Assembly: GCA_002269645.1 (NCBI GenBank)
Contig: NIVC01000225.1
Span: 1-64,000 of the forward strand
DNA: 64,000 nucleotides
Origin: Macrostomum lignano
Taxonomy: Eukaryota
Direction of reading: 5' to 3'
Positions 24,061 to 64,000 of this stretch are shown here, piece after piece. The stretch's first letter is position 1, and each line of letters begins with the position of its first letter. The notes below the pieces were generated by a model. The model was not told the origin of the DNA. It ran no database searches and saw nothing but the letters and a program-made list of their open reading frames with translations. Both the position numbers and the translations under genes were made by a program.

Positions 24061-25160
24061 GATAACCCAACCGAGGTCCGTTCGGCCAGATGAAGCTCCT
24101 CCTGGCCAAAGTTTCCGCGGTTGTGAAGGCAGCAGTAGATTGCCTCCTCAGCAGACCTCGACTCCACAGTCGTGTACCACTCCAAACTTTCCGTCTTGCA
24201 CCTTTAAGCTCGTGCTTTCGTGCAGCTGTCTTGCTTGCTTATCTGTAAACATATGAGTTGCATGCACAGCCCAAGGACAACAATTAAGTCGATATATATA
24301 TAGATAAGATATATGTGTTACTTAAATAGTCCTTGACACAGCCATGTTTTCAAGCACTTATTTGGAGCTTCTACCTTAAAATTCAAACTTTTCTCGTGTT
24401 ACAGGCTTACGTTACTGTGCTTGCCAAAAATGTCCTTAATGTATAACTCCAATGATATAATCGAAAATTTTACCGATCTGTGATATACTGTTGAATACTC
24501 CAGTGATTTCCTGCGCGACATTCCCGAACTCTCATCTGCAAGCAGGAGCACACAGCTAAATACAAAAATATTTTAGTAAATTGTAGCATCTCGAGTCTGC
24601 AACTGTGTTATCGCTGTCAGCATAAATTCATTAACCACCAGAGCAGTCTCGGTCTCATCTCATTTACTTCCAAAATGAAGTATTAAACTTCACACATTGA
24701 ACTCGTACACTAAATAGACAGATCCAGTCTCAGTGCTGGATTAAAATTCTAAAGCTTTCATGCTAGCCGACCGACATGTATGTACAACATTTAAGAGACG
24801 GAAGAAAAACATTTGACTGCAAGAAAGCTGCCAATGACAGAATGCCGGGTCTATTTTTGCTGTATTTAGAACGTAATATGTAGTAAATTAAGCGACTCCT
24901 TTGATAGCAGGTACTATCGCCAAGACAAGTGTAAACTAACTAACGTTTGACAGGTGCGGTTGAATAAAGGAAACTCCACACGAGTTGGCACACAAGAGAG
25001 CGAGTGGCACTGAAGCTCGTGCACGCACTGGCTGCGGCGCGCTGCTTCTCTCCTGAGAGAAAAGGAACATCGCTCTAAGGTATCGGTAAAGTAATATGGC
25101 TGGCATAGAGCTCGCGTTATGTGCAATGTTATCTACAGGATTGAAAGTGATAGTGGCTTT

Positions 25161-26525
25161 TTAATCGTCCAGATCTTTCTCCATCTCCTCGACCTCCTCC
25201 TCCTCGCCCTCTACGCTGTCCACTCCGACCTCTTCGTAGTCCTTCTGCATGGCGCCCAAGTCTTCTCGGGCCTCGGCGAACTCACCCTCCTCCATGCCCT
25301 CGCCGACGTACCAGTGCACGAAGGCGCGCTTTGAGTACATGAGGTCGAACTTGTACGCAAGTCGGTCCCAGGCCTCAGCGATGGCGGTGGTGTTGCTCAG
25401 CATGCAGACCGCTCGAGGCACCTTCGCGAGGTCACCGCCAGGTACTGTGGTTGGCGGTTGGTAGTTGATGCCGACCTTGAAACCTGTCGGGCACCAGTCA
25501 ACGAACTGAATCTCTCGCTTGTTCTTGATCTTCTGGATGGACTCGTTGACCTCCTTCGACGAGACATCGCCTCTGTAGAGCAGACAGCAGGCCATGTACT
25601 TGCCGTGCCGAGGATCGCACTTCACCATCTGGTTGCTCGCCTCGAAGCATGAATTAGTGATCTCTCTGACCTTCAGCTGCTCATGATTTGCCTTCTCCGT
25701 CGAAATAATGGGAGCGTAGGTGGCTAGGGGGAAGTGGATTTTCGGATATGGGACAAGGTTTGTCTGGAACTCGGTGATGTCCACGTTGAGCGAGCCATCA
25801 AACCGCAGTGAAACCGTGATGGAGGACACGATCTGGGCGACGAGTCTATTTAGGTTGGTGTACGTAGGCCTCTCAATGTCCAAGCTTTTTCTGCAGATGT
25901 CGTAGATGGCCTCGTTGTCAACGATCATGCCGCAGTCCGAGTGTCTTAGAGTGCCGTGGGTGCACAGGATGGCGTTGAACGGCTCCACCACGGCTGTAGA
26001 CACCTGCGGCGCCGGGTAGACGGCGAACTGCAGCTTCGCCCGCTTGCCGTACTCGGACGACAACCGGTCCATCAGCAACGAGGTGAAGCCGGCGCCCGTG
26101 CCGCCACCGAAGGAGTGAAAAACCAGGAAGCCCTGCAGGCCTGAGCAGTTCTCCGCCAGCCGGTTGATGACCTCCCGAACGGTGCCAATCAGCTCCTTGC
26201 CGATGGTGTAGTGGCCTCTGGCGTAGTTGTTGGCAGCGTCCTCTTTGCCGGAGATCAGCTGCTCCGGGTGGAACAGCTGGCGGTAGGTGCCCGTGCGGAC
26301 CTCGTCGATCACGGTGGGCTCCAGGTCCACGAAGACCGTCCTAGGAACGTAGCGTCCAGAAGATGTCTCCGAGAAGAACGATGACTGCGAGTCGTCGCAC
26401 TTCTCCCGGCCTGCCAGCATCATGCCGTCGGGTTGGATGCCGTGCTCCAGGCAGTAGAGCTCCCAGCAGGCGTTGCCGATCTGGATGCCGGCCTGGCCGA
26501 CGTGGATGGAGATGCACTCGCGCAT
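25161..26525 (-). CDS. Divergent alpha-tubulin 1, intronless, 454 aa
   Basis: MRECISIH start at 26525; [47 protein letters not shown]; tail [12 protein letters not shown]. Confidence 0.97.
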   Translation of the reverse strand: MRECISIHVGQAGIQIGNACWELYCLEHGIQPDGMMLAGREKCDDSQSSFFSETSSGRYVPRTVFVDLEPTVIDEVRTGTYRQLFHPEQLISGKEDAANNYARGHYTIGKELIGTVREVINRLAENCSGLQGFLVFHSFGGGTGAGFTSLLMDRLSSEYGKRAKLQFAVYPAPQVSTAVVEPFNAILCTHGTLRHSDCGMIVDNEAIYDICRKSLDIERPTYTNLNRLVAQIVSSITVSLRFDGSLNVDITEFQTNLVPYPKIHFPLATYAPIISTEKANHEQLKVREITNSCFEASNQMVKCDPRHGKYMACCLLYRGDVSSKEVNESIQKIKNKREIQFVDWCPTGFKVGINYQPPTTVPGGDLAKVPRAVCMLSNTTAIAEAWDRLAYKFDLMYSKRAFVHWYVGEGMEEGEFAEAREDLGAMQKDYEEVGVDSVEGEEEEVEEMEKDLDD

Positions 26526-27322
26526 GGTTGTCAGAGCGGACTTTCGGACTTTTGCTCCCGAAACAAGTGGCTTGGCACGGTAAGCCGGTGGGAATGATGA
26601 GAAATCTCTCTGCCCCCGGGCACCCCTCTCTTCAAGCTCCACTGTCGCTACAGGCCCCGGGGTTACGTCTATGGCCAACGCGTAGACTTATTCGCTGGCG
26701 CTGGTCAGATAATATATAAAAAGCCTGCTTGCACTTTTAGCTCGAGGGTACATCGGTTTTTAAAGTGACTTGTTAATAGTGACTGATTATATTTTGTGAC
26801 ACTAAGCGCAGTAGTCATTTGATTTTATGTTCCTCTGATACGGAAATCAACACTGAAAGTTTAAAACCAAGCGGATCAAGAAAGCGATAAAAAACTTTAA
26901 AATTTTTGGGACTAATGCTTGCCATATGGATTATTCCGTTTAATTTGCCTAAAATGTGATACAGACCATTGGATAATTGTATTTTATCATACTGTAAAAT
27001 TTCGTAAAGGCCGAATGTTATGGACCAGAGTTATAACCAGTTAGAAAATTTATAAGCCAGAGTTGTATCGAGTTAGAATTTTAAAGTTCATCTCGCAGCG
27101 CAGCGCAGCCAGGATTTTCACTCGAAACGAGCCCATATAGTCTTTGCCATAGACCGCAATGAAATTATCCTGTACACTCAGTTCGATAAAGCCACGGCTA
27201 GCCACCAAATTCGCAGTCAATGGGTTCAATTTCTAGCCTCTCAGAAAGCGAGCCTTTAACCCTGCCGTAGGTCTAAGCCTCTTGAGCCGCAGCCCAGTGT
27301 ACGTTTACAACCTGCTTCAAGC

Positions 27323-28690
27323 ATGCGCGAGTGCATCTCCATCCACATCGGCCAGGCCGGTGTGCAGGTTGGCAACGCCTGCTGGGAGCTCTACTGCCTG
27401 GAGCACGGCATCCAGCCCGACGGCGCGCTACTGGCAGGCCGGGAGAAGTGCGACGACTCGCAAGAGTCGTTTTTCTACCAGACCTCGTCTGGCCGCTACG
27501 TTCCCAGGGCCGTGTTCGTAGACCTGGAGCCCACCGTAATTGACGAGGTTCGCTGCGGCACCTACCGCCAGCTGTTTCATCCGGAGCAACTGATCTCCGG
27601 CAAGGAGGACGCCGCCAACAACTACGCTCGCGGCCAATACACCATCGGCAAAGAGGTGATTGGCTATGTGCGGGAGGTCATCAATCGTCAGGTAGAAAAC
27701 TGCTCTGGTCTGCAGGGTTTCATCGTCTTTCACTCCTTTGGCGGCGGCACAGGATCAGGATTCACCTCGCTGCTGATGGACCGGCTGTCTTCAGAGTACG
27801 GCCGGAAGCCGAAACTAGAAATGGCCATTTACCCGGCTCCGCAGGTGTCCACAGCCGTGGTAGAGCCCTACAACTCCATCCTGTGCATGCACGGAACCAT
27901 CCGCCACTCCGACTGCGGCATGATTGTTGATAACGAAGCTATCTACGACATCTGCAGAAAAAGCCTGGATATTGAGAGGCCCACGTACACGAATTTGAAC
28001 CGACTCGTCGCACAAGTTATGTCCTCGATTACCGTTTCATTGCGCTTTGACGGCTCAATAAACGTGGACATTGCCGAGTTTCAAACCAATCTGGTGCCCT
28101 ACCCAAAGATCCACTTCCCTCTGGCCACCTACTCTCCGATCATCACGACTGAGAAGGCAAGTCACGAGCAGCTCAAAGTTACCGAGATTACCAACGCATG
28201 CTTCGAACCGTCGAATCAAATGGTAAAGTGCGATCCTCGACATGGCAAGTACATGGCCTGCTGTCTGCTCTACAGAGGCGACATCAGCTGCAAGGAAGTT
28301 TCAGAGGCCATCCAGAAGATCAAGAACAAGCGAGAGATTCAGTTTGTTGACTGGTGCCCGACAGGCTTCAAAGTCGGCATCAGCTACCAACCGCCTACCA
28401 CAGTACCTGGCGGTGACCTCGCGAAGGTGCCTCGAGCGGTCTGCATGCTGAGCAACACGACCGCCATCGCTGAGGCCTGGGACCGGCTGGCCTACAAGTT
28501 CGACCTCATGTACTCGAAGCGCGCCTTCGTGCACTGGTACGTCGGCGAGGGCATGGAGGAGGGCGAGTTCGCCGAGGCCCGCGAGGACCTGGCCGCTATG
28601 CAGAAGGACTACGAAGAGGTTGGAGTGGACAGCGTAGAGGGCGAGGAGGAGGAGGTCGAGGAGAATGATCGGGATGCGGAAGCCGACTGA
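27323..28690 (+). CDS. Divergent alpha-tubulin 2, intronless, 455 aa
   Basis: MRECISIH; GGGTGSG; [15 protein letters not shown]; [15 protein letters not shown]; tail [13 protein letters not shown]. Confidence 0.97.
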   Translation: MRECISIHIGQAGVQVGNACWELYCLEHGIQPDGALLAGREKCDDSQESFFYQTSSGRYVPRAVFVDLEPTVIDEVRCGTYRQLFHPEQLISGKEDAANNYARGQYTIGKEVIGYVREVINRQVENCSGLQGFIVFHSFGGGTGSGFTSLLMDRLSSEYGRKPKLEMAIYPAPQVSTAVVEPYNSILCMHGTIRHSDCGMIVDNEAIYDICRKSLDIERPTYTNLNRLVAQVMSSITVSLRFDGSINVDIAEFQTNLVPYPKIHFPLATYSPIITTEKASHEQLKVTEITNACFEPSNQMVKCDPRHGKYMACCLLYRGDISCKEVSEAIQKIKNKREIQFVDWCPTGFKVGISYQPPTTVPGGDLAKVPRAVCMLSNTTAIAEAWDRLAYKFDLMYSKRAFVHWYVGEGMEEGEFAEAREDLAAMQKDYEEVGVDSVEGEEEEVEENDRDAEAD

Positions 28691-31223
28691 CAGTCCAGTC
28701 GCATTTCCCAACATTTCCACAAAAACAGCACCGCTACTGGTGTACCGAGTGTCGCCTCCCCCATTTCTTTATATTGTATCACCTGCAATACTCTGTTAAA
28801 CAGTATGCTTTTGGTAAAGCTAATCCACTATTTATACACTTTCGTTACTTTGAATTAACGCATTTTGTATTGGTAAAGATGCATTACGGAACTGCGCCCT
28901 ATCATTAAACACTGTCAACGGCTATCAATGCGCCGGTATTTAATAAAAGTGTACGAAATATTGCCGTCTGGTTTCGAACAAAAATGAAAGACAAATATTT
29001 ATAAATGACAAGAAATCTTGCGCCTCGCGAATCGTCTACTGTCTCTTTTTTCTATGCGGAGTTTCTGCGGAAGCTCTTGTGCTCGTGCACTCGTCAAAGG
29101 AGAATTCGCACTGCCATCGAATTTTCTACCTCTTGTGTGATTTTTTGCAGGCCCCATTTGAGATGCATGCGTCAGTCTCGATGACGATCTTTCAAGAGCA
29201 TACCGTAGTGAGGCCAGGTTGGCAGTCAACTGACTGGAGGCTTCTTTCTACACCAATGCAGCAACTCGCTGAGCTGCGCAGGCAGCCGCAACTTGTCACT
29301 AGGTCTAGTCGTCCGGCTCGCCAACGTTAGCAGTGAGCGAGTAGAAGCCTGGCCTTTCCTGGTCACATTTATAACCCAGGACAGCTTGCCGCATATCCGC
29401 TGAACGTTGCGATTGCTGATGGCGCGCTGATGCCCGCATCTCCGCAGTGCGTCTCCGAGTGCATTGAGTTTGGCAGGGCTCTATCTCTATCTCTCATTCT
29501 TCAGGTACATGTCGCTGCTCTAAAGTCATCCTACACAAACTCGTAGTGCACAGAAAGCTTTGAATAAGTGGGCCGGCTCAAATTCGCAAGTCAAAAGGCA
29601 CGCAACCCAGCAAAGAGAGACAAAGCAACGCACGGGCTAAAAAGCTACCCTCCCCCAATGCCGATGCGCACCCAAACAGACGCATGCCGACGCCACCCCA
29701 AACGCGGGAGTGGCAGCAAGTACCCCCGATCCCGCTAACAGTGATTGGTCAGCCAATCTACACTTCAGGTTCAGGGTGTCCGCTTCTGACATGACCACTT
29801 TGTCACACTGATCACCCTCGCGTTCAAGTGAAGCCAGACCCGAGCCCTGACACAAATCTCCCAAACGCCTTATCAGGTAATCCTTACCAGAGAGGCGCTT
29901 CGCTCCCCAGGAAGCGGCACGAGCCAGTGTCACTTTGGATATTTCATGCAAGTTTTAGGCTCATTCATTTCTTATTTATGTTGTGAGCTGCGCCTCGCAA
30001 TGCCCTTGCCCCGACCTCTGCGCTCTCCGCCCCTCCTCTCCCTGCCACTGGTTTTTTCTGGCTTGCCCCCTCCGTCTAAAGCTGCTATTCATTTTTTGTT
30101 CTCATTTTCATCAGCCCACATTTTCATTGGCTGGCGTATTTTCATCTCTCTCTCGCGTGGGATAGTCCAATCATGTATCTCGCCGCGGAGGCACCTGATT
30201 GGCTAGCCTTCCCTCTCGCCCTTCAACTCTGTTGAGTTTTGCCCCCACCCCAGTCCCCTGCTCAGTGCTCACCCAGTATTTATGTGCGCGCGCGGCCCTC
30301 GCCCGGCTCTCGCCCTCCTGCTCTCTCTCTACCACTCTAGCTCTACACGTGCTTGGGTGAAAGTGAAGCTTGAAATTGAAATACAGTCAGCTGAGGCTGA
30401 GATATTAGAGGCCACGCCTGCATGAGCGCGACAAGTGACCCAGCCCGGTAAGACAGCGTTCGCTTCCGTTAATTTGTCCCGTCTTCATTATTCACCTCTC
30501 TCGCCACCGTCTTCCTTCGGGTCTGCGAAGTGTCTGCACGCCTCCAGACCCGTGCTCACCTCTGCTGTTGCTGCTGAGTGGCTACCTGCTCACAGCCTCC
30601 TCATCTGCATCTCCCTCTCTCCGTGGGGCTGGCCGAGTGTCTGTACGCTCCCAGCCTCTCCACCTCCACCTCGAAGTGTCCGTACGCCTCGGGGGTCGCC
30701 ACTCTTTCGCCTATCCCACCCGGCAAGCTCTGGGCAGTCCAGTACCCGAACCCCTGATCGCCCCGTCTGCGGTCCGCACGGACGGAAGCAGAAAATACAA
30801 CATTTACTCGTAGAACACCTCAAACAAATTTAGCAAAACATCGGCCTGTTGCATTAGATCTCATTTTTTTTTAACTGAATATAAACCTTGTATGGTCGAA
30901 GCAATGCCATCGAAGCAATGCACCTCCCGAGCTTAACCTTCGGGCATTTTTCGGGCTCCATCGCTGGCTTTGGCTTTTTCATGATCCATTACTAGAAAGC
31001 TATTTTGTGACTTTTTCTAGCTACGTTCTTATCAGCTGAACAATATGGTCTGGTGCACTTCTGCCTCTATGTACGCAAAATATTGACGCAAAACTCTTTT
31101 TTCAAACGCAATAAGTGCATAGTTGATGTGCGTTTATTCTCGCCCATATGACAAAAAACTTCGACGAAAAAATAGCAATGATATTGTTGATACAAAATAT
31201 ATTAAATAAAAAAGATAGCAGCT

Positions 31224-32588
31224 TTAGTCATCGCCATCCTTCTCCATTTCCTCGACCTCCTCCTCCTCGCCCTCTACGCTGTCCACTCCGACCTCTTCGT
31301 AGTCCTTCTGCATAGCGGCCAGGTCCTCGCGGGCCTCGGCGAACTCGCCCTCTTCCATGCCCTCGCCGACGTACCAGTGCACGAAGGCGCGCTTCGAGTA
31401 CATGAGGTCGAACTTGTAGGCCAGCCGGTCCCAGGCCTCAGCGATGGCGGTGGTGTTGCTCAGCATGCAGAGCGATCGCTGCACTTTCGCGAGGTCACCG
31501 CCAGGTACTGTGGTAGGCGGCTGGTTGTTGATGCCGACCTTGAAGCCTGTCGGGCACCAGTCAACGAACTGAATCTCTCGCTTGTTCTTGATCTTCTGGA
31601 TGGACTCGTTGACCTCCTTCGACGAGACATCGCCTCTGTAGAGCAGACAGCAGGCCATGTACTTGCCGTGCCGAGGATCGCACTTTACCATCTGACTGGA
31701 CACTTCAAAACAGGAGTTAGTAATCTCTCCAACGCTGAGCTGCTCGTGGTTTGCTTTGTCAGTAGATATTATCGGCGCCAGCGTCGCCAAAGGGAAGTGG
31801 ATTTTTGGGTAGGGCACCAGATTAGTTTGAAACTCGGACAGGTCAACGTTCAGTGAACCTTCAAATCGCAATGACGCCGTTACTGAGGAGACAACCTGGC
31901 CGACAAGCCGGTTTAGGTTTGTGTACGTTGGTCTCTCAATGTCTAAGTTCTTCCGGCAGATGCTGTAGATAGCTTCGTTGTCCACAATAACAGTGCAGTT
32001 GGCGTGCGAAATCGTGCCGTGATTGCAAAGGATTGCGTTCATTGGCTCCACAACAGCCGTAGAAATTTGCGGCGCAGGGTAGATAGAAAACTGAAGCTTG
32101 GAGCGCTTGCCGTACTCAGAGGAGAGTTTTTCCATCAGAAGGGAGGTGAAGCCGGCGCCGGTGCCGCCACCAAACGAGTGAAAGACAATGAAACCCTGCA
32201 GACTGCTGCAGCTTTCGACCAATTTGCTCAAGTAGTCTCGTACCGGAGTGATTATTTCCTTGCCCACCGTATATTGACCCCGGGCGTAGTTGTTGGCGGC
32301 GTCCTCCTTGCCCGAGATGAGCTGCTCCGGATGAAACAGCTGGCGGTAGGTCCCGGTGCGCACCTCGTCGACCACGGTGGGCTCCAGGTCCACGAATAGC
32401 GCTCGTGGAACATATCTTCCAGAGCTGGTTTCAGAGAAAAATGGTTCGCTCGTATTGTCGCACTTGCTCATACCCGCCAGCATCATGCCGTCGGGTTGGA
32501 TGCCGTGCTCCAGGCAGTAGAGCTCCCAGCAGGCGTTGCCGATCTGGATGCCAGCCTGGCCAATGTGAATGGAGATGCACTCGCGCAT
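31224..32588 (-). CDS. Divergent alpha-tubulin 3, intronless, 454 aa
   Basis: MRECISIH start at 32588; GGGTGAG; [15 protein letters not shown]; tail [12 protein letters not shown]. Confidence 0.97.
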   Translation of the reverse strand: MRECISIHIGQAGIQIGNACWELYCLEHGIQPDGMMLAGMSKCDNTSEPFFSETSSGRYVPRALFVDLEPTVVDEVRTGTYRQLFHPEQLISGKEDAANNYARGQYTVGKEIITPVRDYLSKLVESCSSLQGFIVFHSFGGGTGAGFTSLLMEKLSSEYGKRSKLQFSIYPAPQISTAVVEPMNAILCNHGTISHANCTVIVDNEAIYSICRKNLDIERPTYTNLNRLVGQVVSSVTASLRFEGSLNVDLSEFQTNLVPYPKIHFPLATLAPIISTDKANHEQLSVGEITNSCFEVSSQMVKCDPRHGKYMACCLLYRGDVSSKEVNESIQKIKNKREIQFVDWCPTGFKVGINNQPPTTVPGGDLAKVQRSLCMLSNTTAIAEAWDRLAYKFDLMYSKRAFVHWYVGEGMEEGEFAEAREDLAAMQKDYEEVGVDSVEGEEEEVEEMEKDGDD

Positions 32589-33688
32589 GGTCAACGAGTA
32601 TTTCGATTTTAGCTGCAAAAAGCTAAATGAATCGCTGCCCAGCTGCCGTTTCAAAGTCTCTTAACCCTCTCATTTTCTTGTATTTTCGCGAGCCTTATCA
32701 GAGTGGTCCTGGCGGGTACAGTCTTTGTTTAAGTCTATGGCCGAAACCCCCTTTCTTTTCTTTGCTTTGTACTGAAGTTCTCTGCTAGCACACTAAAGTG
32801 CATTTGCAACTTTAAAAAATAAATTCATGATTAACATGATTCATTGAAGTGCTACAATATTATGCAATGCCAAAACTTAAGCGTCTGTATAGGTTACGTC
32901 TGAAATAAAAACTCAAAAATACATGTATATGTACTACTCGATAGTAGAAAACTGTCTTTCCAACAAAAACGTCTTGTAAATGAGCCCTTCGATCACAGAA
33001 TATCACAGCCCTTCGATAGACTGGCTCTGTATATAAGGTTTTCAAATTCCGACCGATCTTGAAAAGTTTCAGGTGCATCAGATGTCATTCATAACTGCTG
33101 TATAGTACTACATGTATAGCTGAGCCTAATGTATAGCTGCAGACTGAAGTGTACAAAGGCCCAGAACCTGAGTCAGAGAGAAAGGTGTCAGTCAGTGGTG
33201 CAGCGAGCCTGGCCGCGGCGGAGTCCCTCACAGGTTGCCTGAGCAGCAGACGGGAGGGATTCCTAGATGCTATAATTTTGTGGATGCACATAACACATGC
33301 ATATTGCATACTCTAATGCACCAATTTAGTCTAAAATTTCGAAAGTTAAGGTTCACTCTTCATTAAAAGTGTTGTGAAGTATGAAATCTGTGAATAAGAT
33401 AAAGAAGTAAAACTAAATAATTAGGAAGCGGAACCAACTTTATTATACTCGATTATTTATTTTCCATTTGCATTTTCCATGAACTACACCCCAAAAAGTT
33501 TCCGCTTGATGTCCCAAAACCAATCTACTAAAATTGAAGTCTGTACTGTAGTACATGTATTGTAATTGTTAGACACATTGTATTATGTATTAATCATACA
33601 TAATATGCTAGATTAGACACGCTTAAATAATTTTCTAAATTACCATTTCTCACTTTTGCTTTAAAGTAACCGTTGTCATGACTTTGTA

Positions 33689-63870
<30,182 letters not shown>

Positions 63871-64000
63871 GTGCGCGGCTGGCTTTGGAGCTGTTTTGGA
63901 ATTCATGCTCGCATCCTGGATTGATAGCGGCTTTTGGCTCAAGGCTTGAAGGCAGTAACGGACACCAGTCACATTCACACAGGCACCAGTCATATTCACA

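Noticed and set aside
26526-26678. 51-aa N-terminal extension of alpha-tubulin 1 (and the 22-aa extension of tubulin 3 at 32589-32654)
   Set aside because: The ORF track uses alternative start codons; alpha-tubulins begin at MREC.

Overview
Eukaryotic (animal) genomic DNA with GC-rich exons, short GT-AG introns and introns packed with tandem repeats. Gene style and repeat load suggest a free-living flatworm such as Macrostomum, but this is inference only. Genes in order: radial spoke head RSPH4/6-like (+, with several single-base frameshifts in G/C runs), TMEM272-like (+), ER cyclophilin with signal peptide and C-terminal RTEL (+), NF-YB (-), INPP5E with CaaX (+), three intronless divergent alpha-tubulins (-,+,-), and a long zizimin/DOCK9-11-like GEF (+) that runs off the window end. 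The DOCK introns hold an antisense nested gene (AT-hook, Q-rich tract, Brinker/pogo-type HTH) and a minimal Penelope-type hammerhead ribozyme embedded in a (GATA)n microsatellite. Mobile elements include a hAT MITE with 8-bp TSD, a Harbinger-like MITE with 3-bp TSD and tRNA-derived SINE copies. About 20 unrelated mini/microsatellite arrays are present. The most interesting observations are the hammerhead cassette, the nested HTH gene, the K40-less and Tyr-less tubulin trio with conversion-like tracts, the PH-less zizimin, and a candidate spliced-leader-supplied start codon for INPP5E and possibly NF-YB. All exon coordinates were read by hand.
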